Below, piece after piece: positions 51,267 through 62,853 of a stretch of 64,000 nucleotides of DNA. This DNA comes from Dendrobates tinctorius (taxonomy: Eukaryota). Every line of letters starts with the position of its first letter. Position 1 is the stretch's first letter. The stretch is taken from NCBI RefSeq assembly GCF_039654945.1, contig NW_027361684.1, positions 16,740,001-16,804,000 on the forward strand, read 5' to 3'. Position numbers and translations under genes: made by a program. The notes beneath the pieces are model-generated. The model was not told the DNA's origin, searched no databases, and was given only the letters and a program-made list of their open reading frames with translations.

Positions 51267-51790
51267 GGCCTGTTTCATACCTCCGTCGGCGGCGGTCAGC
51301 TGAAATCCACCAGCAACTGATCCGTCTCCGTTCAGTGACGGACGGATAGCAGAGGACCACGTTGGCAGCGGATCCGTGGGAGAAGGCAAGCAGCGAGATT
51401 TAAAGCGACCGCGGTACGTAAATTGCGTGGCGGCCGCGATTCTATGCGAGATCGATTCTATGCGAGATCGCGCAGCGGCCTGGGAACGTGCGAGGTGAGA
51501 GATTTTAGCGGCTCCCTGGACGCCATTTCAGGGTTAAAACTGCTCCCGACTTTCACCTCCCGGGCATGCGCAGTTAAAAATAGCGGACCGTCAACCAAAA
51601 AAAAGTTGTAGTGTCCGCCCGTGAGCCGCTAAAATTCTCACGGATCCGTCAACAAACGGACCCAACGGACGACCACTAATGCAAATCAATGCTGGAAAAA
51701 AACGGATCCACCCAAAAATGGGTGGATCCATTTTTTTCTAAAAGTGGCGGATTTTGACTGACGTCAAAAAAGTGAAGTGTGAAAGAGGCC
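51267..51790. mobile_element. Harbinger-like MITE
   Basis: tta-ggcctgtttcatac...gtgtgaaagaggcc-taa. Confidence 0.7.
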
Positions 51791-52288
51791 TAACATGGAA
51801 TAAGCGCAGAAATCATTACAAGGATCTGGTCACACCGAGTCCAGAACGCTGCGTTCTTCATTAGACGCACAGTGCATGGGATCTATGGGAATCCTGCGCC
51901 CTCTGTGCCTCTATTTAACCCTGCGTAAACTCACCCGCGGGTTCACGAGCCGCAGCATGGTAATTATCCACAGAGGAGTGCGATTCCCACGACAGCGGCA
52001 GCAGAGGAGATGGAGAAATTACTTTCTCTGTCTCCTCTGCAATTGTGCTGCGATCCTGTCACGTGAGAGGATCTGAGCACTCGGATCACGCTCACCAGGA
52101 GCTAGGGAACGCTCCCACCTTCAGGGTTTGCTGCGGGTTTCATGCTGCGTATTTTTTCTAGAAATCCCATCCGCTGTGCTGTAACATCTGGGCGCATGTT
52201 AGGGGCTGCAGAAGGCCTGATTCACACATCAGTTTCTTCTGTCAGTTGTAATCCCCCAAAATGGCAGAAAACAGATCCGCCTGTGTAC

Positions 52289-52446
52289 NNNNNNNNNNNN
52301 NNNNNNNNNNNNNNNNNNNNNNNNNNNNNNNNNNNNNNNNNNNNNNNNNNNNNNNNNNNNNNNNNNNNNNNNNNNNNNNNNNNNNNNNNNNNNNNNNNNN
52401 NNNNNNNNNNNNNNNNNNNNNNNNNNNNNNNNNNNNNNNNNNNNNN
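52289..52446. other. Assembly gap (158 N)
   Basis: Run of N. Confidence 1.
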
Positions 52447-52649
52447 ATTTTTCAGCCGCCAGAACAGGGTTTAGGGTTAAATTTGCGGCCGAGGCCAGTC
52501 CTCCGGACATGCGCAATGTATATTGCGGATCCGGCCGCCCGAAAAAACGTTGCATTGTCCGTCCAGGCATGTCGGTGGACGCCAAAATTTTGGCGGATCC
52601 ACAAAAAAACAGATCCAACAAATGGCCATCTGTCAAGATCCGCCGCAAC

Positions 52650-55528
52650 TAGAGTTGAGCGATACCGTCCGATACTTCAAAGTATCGGATCGGAATGGAT
52701 CGGCCGATCTTTAAAAAAAGTATCGGTATCGCCGATTCCGATACCGGAAGTCCCATTCAAGTCTATGGGACTTCCGGTATCGGAATAAGAAAAACCCTGT
52801 TTTTGCCTTGTACAGCCTCTCTGGGGTCTGTACGGGCCTTTCGGGGGGTCTGTGCAGGCTCCGGTGGTCTGTGCCGGCCTGCCGGTGGTCTGTGCAGGCT
52901 CCGGTGGGCTGTGCCGGCCTGCCGGGGGGCTGTGCCGGCCTGCCGGTGGTCTGTGCAGGCTCCGGGGGGCTGTGCCGGCCTGCCGGGGGGCTGTGCCGGC
53001 CTGCCGGTGGTCTGTGCAGGCTTCGGGGGTCTGTGCAGGCATCGTCCGATGGGACTACAAGTCCCATCGGGCGATGCCTGCTACCATGACAGTGATTGAC
53101 ACATTAGCCAATGATGGGACAGTAGTAGTCCCATCATCCGGCTAATGTGTTAAATGTAAAAAAAAAAAAAAAAAAAAAAATACTACATACATACTACATG
53201 CATGCTACATACATACTACATGCTACATACATACTACATGCTACATACATACTACATACATACTACATGCTACATACATACTACATATATACTACATGCA
53301 TGCTACATACATACTACATGCTACATACATACTACATGCTACATACATACTACATATATACTACATACATACTACATACATGCTACATACATACTGCATG
53401 CTACATACATACTACATACATACTGCATGCTACATACATACTACATGCATGCTACATACATACTACATGCATGCTACATACATACTGCATGCTACATACA
53501 TACTACATACATACTACATACATACTACATGCATGCTATATGCATGCTACATACATACTACATGCTACATACATACCACATACATACTACATACATACTA
53601 CATACATACTACATGCATGCTACATACATACTACATACATACTACATACATACTACATGCATGCTACATACATACTACATGCATGCTACATGCATGCTAC
53701 ATACATACTACATACATACTACATACATACCACATATATACTACATACATACAATACATTCATACAATACATACATAGACATACAGTACATATAACATAG
53801 AGTAACATACTTACCAATACTTGTCACATTGTTCCCCGAAGCCATTGTCTTTTCCGGAATAAATATTAACATAAACCACAAAAATACTCACCCACGATCC
53901 GAAGCAGTCCACGAGTGTGTCCCACGACGATCTTGGGTAGAGAACTGCAGCATCAGATGATGCTGCCGTTCTCTACGGGCTGCAGGAATCCAATGACGGA
54001 AGGTAGGTATCCTTCCGCACTGTATTCCTCCGCCACTTAAAAAAAAAAAAAGTCCCTAGTCTCACTTTATGCCATTGCTGGGTGGGAAATTCCCACACAG
54101 CAATGGCATAAAGTGAGACTAGGGACTTTTTTTTTTTTTAAGTGGCGGAGGAATACAGTGCGGAAGGATACCTACCTTCCGTCATTGGATTCCTGCAGCC
54201 CGTAGAGAACGGCAGCATCATCTGATGCTGCCGTTCTCTACCCAAGATCGTCGTGGGACACACTCGTGGACTGCTTCGGATCGTGGGTGAGTATTTTTGT
54301 GGTTTGTTATGTTAATATTTATTCCGGAAAAGACAATGGCTTCGGGGAACAATGTGACAAGTATTGGTAAGTATGTTACTCTATGTTATATGTACTGTAT
54401 GTCTATGTATGTATTGTATGAATGTATTGTATATATGTAGTATATATGTGGTATGTATGTAGCATGTAGTATGTATGTAGTATGTATGTAGCATGCATGT
54501 AGCATGCAGTATGTATGTAGCATGCATGTAGTATGTATGTAGCATGTATGTAGCATGTATGTATGTAGTATGTATGTAGCATGTAGTATGTATGTAGCAT
54601 GCATGTAGCATGCATGTAGTATGTATGTAGCATGCATGTAGTATATATGTAGTATGTATGTAGCATGTAGTATGTATGTAGTATGTATGTGGTATGTATG
54701 TAGCATGTATGTGGTATGTAGCATGTAGTATGTATGTAGTATGTATGTAGCATGCATGTAGTATGTATGTAGTATGTATGTAGTATGTATGTAGCATGCA
54801 GTATGTATGTAGCATGTATGTAGTATGTATGTAGGATATATGTAGTATGTATGTAGCATGTAGTATGTATGTAGCATGCATGTAGTATATATGTAGTATG
54901 TATGTAGCATGTAGTATGTATGTAGCATGCATGTAGTATGTATGTAGCATGTAGTATGTATGTAGCATGCATGTAGTATATATGTAGTATGTATGTAGCA
55001 TGTAGTATGTATGTAGTATGTATGTAGTATTTTTTTTTTAACATTTAACACATTAGCCGGATGATGGGACTACTACTGTCCCATCATTGGCTAATGTGTC
55101 AATCACTGTCATGGTAGCTGGCATCGCCAGATGGGACTTGTAGTCCCATCGGACGATGCTTGCACAGACCCCCGGACATCAGCACAGCCCCCCGGCAGGC
55201 CGGCACAGCCCCCCGGCAGGCCGGTACAGACCCCCACAGGGTGCACAGACCACCGGCAGGCCGGCACAGCCCCCCGGCAGGCCGGTACCGACCCCGGGCA
55301 GTCCACACAGCCCCCCGGCAGAGACCCCCGGAAGGCCCGAAATGACGGCGCATCATGATGCGCACACACCGCGCATCATGATGACGTCAGGCCGTCAATC
55401 AACTTTGAACTTCCGATTCCGATGCCGAATTCCGATATTGAAAAAATATCGGAAGTCGGTATCGGAATTCCGATACAGCAAGTATCGGCCGATACCCGAT
55501 ACTTGCGGTATCGGAATGCTCAACACTA
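52650..55528. mobile_element. Non-autonomous hAT-like foldback element with a ~2.4-kb internal palindrome, nested in a MITE (~52213-55639)
   Basis: tagagttgagc...gctcaacacta with a perfect 8-bp TSD GCCGCAAC. Arms are mirrored about ~54089 and include (CATA/CTA/CATG) microsatellites at 53180-53760 and 54420-55030. Confidence 0.9.
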
Positions 55529-55966
55529 GCCGCAACTCAATGGGAAAAAAAACCGATCCGCCAAGCAAAATGGGAGATCCGTTTTTTGCAAAACGGCGGA
55601 TTTTGACTGATGGTAACACACGGATGTGTGAAACAGGCCTAAGTTACACAGCTTCAAAACCGCAGCAAATCCCGGACGTGTGCACATTACCGTGCGTCTA
55701 TAATCCTGCCAGGCAAACAGGGCCCTGATGGAGATGCACATCGGACCCATGAGGACCCGCAGGTGCTAGCGCACCACAGGCCGAGCACGGACACCGCGGC
55801 CTCCCCGCCTCCTCCTCACATGATGCCGCGCTCGGCCCCCTCTCACTTCCTGTTCCCGGGATAGTGGCTCCGGAGGAGGAGGGACCTCCATGCTCCCCCG
55901 GATCGGTGTGACAGTGTCAGGCGCCGGTTGGCCGGTGTCGGTGGCCCGGGTTCCCGGGTAGGCACC

Positions 55967-56034
55967 ATGCCCATCATCTCCGCGGTGCTGCTGGCGCTGC
56001 TGCTCCTGGCGGTGTGCGCCCTGCTGCTAGGACG
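55967..56034 (+). CDS. BLTP2: First coding exon of bridge-like lipid transfer protein 2 (KIAA0100/hobbit orthologue)
   Basis: Kozak gcaccATG; MPIISAVLLALLLLAVCALLLGR|gtgggt resembles the human N-terminus as I recall it ([23 protein letters not shown]). CpG-rich context and synteny downstream of SDF2. Exon 2 not found in the window. Confidence 0.82.
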
Positions 56035-56119
56035 GTGGGTACCGGGGGCAGAGCGGGGCCTGGGGCTGCCGGGAGGAGCTGTCAGACGTGGCGCTGAGCG
56101 GTGACTGCTGCTGTCTCTC

Positions 56120-56935
56120 TGACCCCTGACGGGGGGCATCGGCACTGCTCCGGGCACAGCCCCCGGCGGGGGCATCGGCACTGCTCCGGGCACAGCCCCC
56201 GACGGGGGGCATCGGCACTGCTCCGGGCACAGCCCCTGACGGGGGGCATCGGCACTGCTCCGGGCACAGCCCCCGGCGGGGGCATCGGCACTGCTCCGGG
56301 CACAGCCCCTGACGGGGGGCATCGGCACTGCTCCGGGCACAGCCCCTGACGGGGGGCATCGGCACTGCTCCGGGCACAGCCCCCGGCGGGGGCATCGGCA
56401 CTGCTCCGGGCACAGCCCCTGACGGGGGGCATCGGCACTGCTCCGGGCACAGCCCCTGACGGGGGGCATCGGCACTGCTCCGGGCACAGCCCCTGACGGG
56501 GGGCATCGGCACTGCTCCGGGCACAGCCCCTGACGGGGGGCATCGGCACTGCTCCGGGCACAGCCCCTGACGGGGGGCATCGGCACTGCTCCGGGCACAG
56601 CCCCTGACGGGGGGCATCAGTACTGCTCCGAGCACAGCCCCTGACGGGGGCATCGGCACTGCTCCGGGCACAGCCCCTGACGGGGGGCATCGGCACTGCT
56701 CCGGGCACAGCCCCTGACGGGGGGCATCAGTACTGCTCCGAGCACAGCCCCTGACGGGGGCATCGGCACTGCTCCGGGCACAGCCCCTGACGGGGGCATC
56801 GGTACTGCTCCGGGCACAGCCCCCGGCGGGGGCATCGGCACTGCTCCGGGCACAGCCCCTGACTGGGGCATCGGCACTGCTCCGGGCACAGCCCCTGACG
56901 GGGGCATCGGCACTGCTCCGGGCACAGCCCCTGAC
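56120..56935. repeat. 35-37-bp GC-rich minisatellite (~22 units)
   Basis: ggcatcggcactgctccgggcacagcccctgacgggg. Confidence 0.97.
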
Positions 56936-56964
56936 AGGAGGATGCCTCATACATGCAGCTTACA

Positions 56965-57420
56965 GCCCATATGTACAGCGTGTATCACCCCTATATAACA
57001 CATATCCCCCTATACAGCGTGTGTCACCCCTATATAACACACATCCCCCTATACAGCGTGTCACCCCTATATAACACACATCCCCCTATACAGCGTGTGT
57101 CACCCCTATATAACACACATCCCCCTATACAGCGTGTGTCACCCCTATATAACACACATCCCCCTATACATCGTGTGTCACCCCTATATAACACACATCC
57201 CCCTATACAGCGTGTGTCACCCCTATATAACACATATCCCCCTATACAGCGTGTCACCCCTATATAACACCTATGCCCCATACAGCGTGTGTCCCCTATT
57301 TAAAACCTACCCCATATATAGCGTGTGTCCCCCATATGTAACATATCCCCCTATACAGCGTGTCCACCCTATATAACACCTACCCCATATACATGTATCC
57401 CCCCATATGTACCATGGATA
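56965..57420. repeat. 37-39-bp minisatellite decaying to the right
   Basis: cagcgtgtgtcacccctatataacacacatccccctata. Confidence 0.93.
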
Positions 57421-57658
57421 CCCATGTATAACACCTACCCCCACATAAAACTTGTATCGCCATCATATGTAACACTTGTCCTCCTCCTCCCCTATTTAGT
57501 GTGTACCCCCCATATTCCCATCACATCTCACTATATGTATCTCCTATCCCGCTGTATACTTATTTTTGAGATATGTATGTTCTCCAGTATAAACCTCACA
57601 CATCCCGCTCTACATATTGCCTGTAACCCAGTATATATAGGTGATGTTTATAATGGGT

Positions 57659-58018
57659 ACTAGATGGTGGCCCGATTCTATCGCATCGGGTATTCTAGAG
57701 TCTCTGTTAAAATAAAAAATAGTTATATACTCACCTCCCAACGGCCCCCGGACTCTTTTTCTCTCCTCTCCATGCTCCCGTCATCTTCCGGTTCCAGTAA
57801 TGCTTTGCGCGAAACACCGCTGATGACGTCACACTCTCGCGAGAGTGACGTCATCTTCAGCCCTTCTCGCTAAGCATTACTGGAACCGGAAGATACCGGG
57901 CGCGTGGTGAGAGGAGGGACAGAGTCTGGTGGTCGTCGAAAGGTGAGTATATAACTATTTTTTATTTTAACAGAGACTCTAAAATACCCGATGCGATAGA
58001 ATCGGGCCACCATCTAGT
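57659..58018. mobile_element. ~360-bp near-perfect palindromic element (unclassified MITE)
   Basis: actagatggtggcccgattctatcgcatcgggtatt...aatacccgatgcgatagaatcgggccaccatctagt; centre tgacgtcacactctcgcgagagtgacgtca. Confidence 0.85.
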
Positions 58019-58788
58019 GTATTATACTCCTGTTACACCCGGAGCTGCTGTCACTGTTCTGCTGTAACCTAATGTATTGTACTCCAGTTAGTCCCAGAGC
58101 TGCAGTCACTTCTGCTTTTACCTAATGTATTGTAGTCCAGTTACACCCAGAGCTGCAGTCACCATTCTGCTCTTACCTAATGTATTATACTCCTGTTACA
58201 GCCAGAGCTGCAGTCACCGTTCTTCTCTTACCTAATGTATTGTACGCAAGTTACACCCAGAGCTGCAGTCACTGTTCTACTGTTACCTAATGTATTGTAC
58301 TCCAGTTACACCCAGATCTGCAGTCACTGTTCTGCTGTTACCTACTGTATTGTACTCCAGTTAGTCCCAGAGCTGCAGTCACTTCTGCTTTTACCTAATG
58401 TATTGTAGTCCAGTTACACCCAGAGCTGCAGTCACCATTCTGCTCTTACCTAATGTATTATACTCCTGTTACAGCCAGAGCTGCAGTCACCGTTCTGCTC
58501 TTACCAAATGTATTATACTCCTGTTACAGCCAGAGCTGCAGTCACTGTTCAGATCTTACCTAATGTATTGTATGCAAGTTACACCCAGAGCTGCAGTCAC
58601 TTTTCTGCTCTTACCTAATGTATTGTAGTCCAGTTACACCCAGAGCTGCAGTCACCATTCTGCTCTTACCTAATGTATTATACTCCTGTTACAGCCAGAG
58701 CTGCAGTCACTGTTCAGATCTTACCTAATGTATTGTATGCAAGTTACACCCAGAGCTGCAGTCACTTTTCTGCTCTTACCTAATGTAT
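58018..58788. repeat. ~55-bp minisatellite (~14 units)
   Basis: gtattgtactccagttacacccagagctgcagtcactgttctgctgttacctaat. Confidence 0.95.
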
Positions 58789-58995
58789 ATGTACAGGACT
58801 GTGCCTGTGTAATGAGAGACGCAGCAGTGATGCCTTTAATGGCTGTAATGTGCCTGTACAATAAGCGATGTGGCCGTGTTGCAGCGACGACTAAGCGACT
58901 GTTGCTGATTGGTCACGGCCTAACTGCCGCGACCAATCAGCGACGCAGGATTTCGGTTACAGACAGACATGATAAGACAATTATATATATATATA

Positions 58996-60216
58996 CACTC
59001 ACTGGCCACTTTATTAGGTACACCATGCTAGTAAGGGGTTGGACCCCCTTTTGCCTTCAGAACTGCCTCAATTATTCGTGGCAGAGATTCAACAAGGTGC
59101 TGGAAGCATTCCTCAGAGATTTTGGACCATATTGACATGATGGCATCACACAGTTGGCGCAGATTTGTCGGCTGCACATCCCTGATGCGAATCTCCCGTT
59201 CCACCACATCCCAAAGATGCTCTATTGGATTGAGATCTGGTGACTGAGGAGGCCATTTGAGTACAGTAAACTCATTGTCATGTTCAAGAAACCAATCTGA
59301 GATGATTCGAGCTTTATGACATGGCGCATTATCCTGCTGAAAGTAGCCATCAGATGTTGGGTACATTGTGGTCATAAAGGGATGGACATGGTCAGCAACA
59401 ATACTCAGGTAGGCTGTGGCGTTGCAACGATGCTCAATTGGTACCAAGGGGCCCAAAGAGTGCCAAGAAAAAATTCCCCACACCATGACACCACCACCAC
59501 CAGCCTGAACCGTTGATACAAGGCAGGATGGATCCATGCTTTCATGTTGTTTACGCCAAATTCTGACCCTACCATCCGAATGTCGCAGCAGAAATCGAGA
59601 CTCATCAGACCAGGCAACGTTTTTCCAATCTTCTACTGTCCAATTTCGATGAGCTTGTGCAAATTGTAGCCTCAGTTTCCTGTTCTTAGCTGAGAGGAGT
59701 GGTACCCAGTGTGGTCTTCTGCTGCTGTAGCCCATCTGCCTCAAAGTTCGACGCACTGTGCGTTCAGAGATGCTCTTCTGCCTACCTTGGTTGTAACGGG
59801 TGGCAATTTGAGTCACTGTTGCCTTTCTATCAGCTCGAACCAGTCTGCCCATTCTCCTCTGACCTCTGGCATCAACAAGGCATTTCCGGCCACAGAACTG
59901 CCGCTCACTGGATTTTTTTTCTTTTTCGGACCATTCTCTGTAAACCCTAGAGATGGTTGTGCGTGAAAATCCCAGTAGATCAGCAGTTTCTGAAATACTC
60001 AGACCAGCCCTTCTGGCACCAACAATCATGCCACGTTCAAAGGCACTCAAATCACCTTTCTTCCCCATACTGATGCTCGGTTTGAACTGCAGGAGATTGT
60101 CTTGACCATGTCTACATGCCTAAATGCACTGAGTTGCCGCCATGTGATTGGCTGATTAGAAATTAAGTCTTAACACACAGTTGGACAGGTGTACCTAATA
60201 AAGTGGCCAGTGAGTG
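58996..60216 (-). mobile_element. Intact Tc1/mariner transposon, DD36E (Incomer-type), 1221 bp
   Basis: Identical 29-bp TIRs cactcactggccactttattaggtacacc, TA flanks, one full transposase ORF. Confidence 0.95.
59028..60068 (-). CDS. DD36E transposase, 346 aa, uninterrupted
   Basis: Paired-like HTH N-terminus; [25 protein letters not shown]; 36 residues counted between the second D and the E. Confidence 0.95.
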   Translation of the reverse strand: MGKKGDLSAFERGMIVGARRAGLSISETADLLGFSRTTISRVYREWSEKEKKSSERQFCGRKCLVDARGQRRMGRLVRADRKATVTQIATRYNQGRQKSISERTVRRTLRQMGYSSRRPHWVPLLSAKNRKLRLQFAQAHRNWTVEDWKNVAWSDESRFLLRHSDGRVRIWRKQHESMDPSCLVSTVQAGGGGVMVWGIFSWHSLGPLVPIEHRCNATAYLSIVADHVHPFMTTMYPTSDGYFQQDNAPCHKARIISDWFLEHDNEFTVLKWPPQSPDLNPIEHLWDVVEREIRIRDVQPTNLRQLCDAIMSIWSKISEECFQHLVESLPRIIEAVLKAKGGPTPY

Positions 60217-60715
60217 TAGATGGTTCTTATTGTGCTGTGTGCAGGCCTCCCGTCCCACTTTGTTATCCGCCATGCTCGGGTGCTAGCGGAGTGTCTTTGG
60301 TGTGCTCGAAAAAACATGTTACAGCCCCCACGGCTGTTAGACAGCAGCAACACCTGCAGGGACGGCCTGTTTGTTATGTGATCACTGCATATGTTGCGGC
60401 TGGCTAACAGCCGGGATACAGGCAGCCACGGGGACTCTAACATATTTTTGAGCACCTGAGCGTACCCGGATAACACCTCACCATAGCTCTCTCACCTGTG
60501 TACATCGCCCGTCCCGCTGTACACACGTCACCCACCTTGCTTTATACATATTAGTTACCCCCATATGTGTCACCCACGCCCCGTCCTCTCAATTATTTTC
60601 CCCTTTCCCTCGGTGTCACCTGGCGGAGGTAGAAGTGGACAGCAGTTTCTGACAAGCCCACAGCCAGTTTTCCATTTTCCCGTGTTCTTCACCTTGTGCA
60701 GAGACTGCAGGCGTT

Positions 60716-61823
60716 TTGGGCTGTGGGTATGGCTGCACCTTTGTGTACCGCGGGTCCACCCTGTGCCTCACACAATGCTGGGCTGTGGGTATGGGTGCAC
60801 CTCTGTGTACCGGGGTCCACCCTGTGCCTCACACAATGCTGGGCTGTGGGTATGGCTGCACCTTTGTGTACCGCGGGTCCACCCTGTGCCTCACACAATG
60901 CTGGGCTGTGGGTATGGCTGCACCTTTGTGTACCGCGGGTCCACCCTGTGCCTCACACAATGCTGGGCTGCTGATAAGGGTGCACCTCTGTGTACCGGGG
61001 TCCGCCCTGTGCCTCACACAATGCTGGGCTGTGGGTATGGGTGCACCTCTGTACCGCGGGTCCACCCTGTGCCTCACACAATGCTGGGCTGCTGATAAGG
61101 GTGCACCTCTGTGTACCGGGGTCCTCCCTGTGCCTCACACAATGCTGGGCTGTGGGTATGGGTGCACCTCTGTACCGCGGGTCCACCCTGTGCCTCACAC
61201 AATGCTGGGCTGCTGATAAGGGTGCACCTCTGTGTACCGGGGTCCTCCCTGTGCCTCACACAATGCTGGGCTGTGGGTATGGGTGCACCTCTGTACCGCG
61301 GGTCCACCCTGTGCCTCACACAATGCTCGGCTGTGGATATGGATGCACCTCTGTGTACCGGAGTCCACCCTGTGCCTCACACAATGCTGGGCTGTGGGTA
61401 TGGGTGCACCTCTGTACCGCAGGTCCACCCTGTGCCTCACACAATGCTGGGCTGTGGATATGGATGCACCTCTGTGTACCGGAGTCCACCCTGTGCCTCA
61501 CACAATGCTGGGCTGTGGGTATGGGTGCACCTCTGTACCGCGGGTCCACCCTGTGCCTCACACAATGCTGGGCTGTGGATATGGATGCACCTCTGTGTAC
61601 CGGGGTCCACCCTGTGCCTCACACAATGCTGGGCTGTGGATATGGATGCACCTCTGTGTACCGGGGACCACCCTGTGCCTCACACAATGCTGGGCTGTGG
61701 GTATGGGTGCGCCTCTGTGTACCGCGGGTGCACCCTGAGCCTCACACAATGCTGGGCTGTGGATATGGGTGCACCTCTGTGTACCGTGGGTGCACCCTGA
61801 GCCTCACACAATGCTGGGCTGTG
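60716..61823. repeat. 60-62-bp minisatellite (~18 units) with a 121-bp dimeric higher-order repeat
   Basis: gggctgtgggtatgg..gcacct..gtacc..gggtccaccctgtgcctcacacaatgct; near-identical ORF-track entries recur every 121 bp. Confidence 0.96.
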
Positions 61824-62581
61824 CTCCTCATGTTGACACAAGGCCTTTCTCTGGGTCACCGGTGCTGCGCACACAGGACAGATCACGGCACAGTCCGCAG
61901 CACTTTCTCTGCTTCTTCACCATTAGTTTATGTTCACACTGAGTTTTTTATGTGGATTTTGAAATGGATCGGCTTCAATATCAAAGTGTATCATAAACAC
62001 CAGTGTGAACAAAGCCGTGTAGGGACGCCGTGGTCAGTCGCGTCCTGAATCCGCCGTGTGAAGCAGACACTGTCCGCATTATGGCAGTTGGGTGTGTTTT
62101 ATGTGGAAAAGCTGCGGCATGTCAGAGAAAAGTGTCATGGACCTGAGTGGTCCGGAGGAGCCCCCCGGCCAGCGTCTCCCCACTCCTCACTGAGTGTATA
62201 GGAAGAGATCTGTCAGTCTGAGGCGCAGGATAGTGGGAAGCTGCAGAGGACGTCATCGGACCCCTCCAGTCCCCGGTCACATCTTCAAACCTTTTTTCTG
62301 ATTATTTTTTTATCCCCCGATGGGCCACTTTTATCCATGTTACAAAATATAGCAGCAGGTCAGATGTCGGACGGCCGCTCCATGCATTCTCTATAGGTCT
62401 GCCAGAAAAAGCAAAGCGCAGCCCTATAGGAGATGAGTGGAGCGGCCGTCCAGCGTGCGCAGTGCCCCTCCATTCTAAAGGGGGTGTAAGCTCCCTGTGC
62501 TGCCGATCGGTGCAGGTTACAGAGGTCGGCCCTCCACTGATCAACAAGTTATCATCACCAATCCCATGGATAGGTGATCAC

Positions 62582-62853
62582 TAGTGATGAGCGAGTATAC
62601 TCGTTGCTCGGGTGGTCTCCGAGTATTTTGGCGTGCTCGGAGATTTCGTTTTCGGCGTCTCAGCTGCATAATTTGTGGCTGCTAGACATCTTGAATACAT
62701 GTGGGGATTCCCTAACAAACAGGCATTCCACACATGTATATTCAGCCTGTCTACAAGTCGCAATACATGCAGCTGAGACAACGAAATCTAAACCTCCGAG
62801 CACGCCAAAATACTCGGAGACCACCCGAGCAACGAGTATACCCGCTCATCACT
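62582..62853. mobile_element. hAT-like palindromic MITE
   Basis: tagtgatgagcgagtatactcgttgctcggg...cccgagcaacgagtatacccgctcatcacta; 8-bp TSD gtgatca(c/t). Confidence 0.85.

Noticed and set aside
53147-55051. His/Tyr-rich ORFs on both strands
   Set aside because: Microsatellite arms of the foldback element.
55843-56954. Cys/Pro-rich ORFs on the minus strand
   Set aside because: 37-bp minisatellite; the real coding signal here is the short plus-strand BLTP2 exon.
60565-62048. Cys-rich repetitive ORFs
   Set aside because: 61-bp minisatellite translation.
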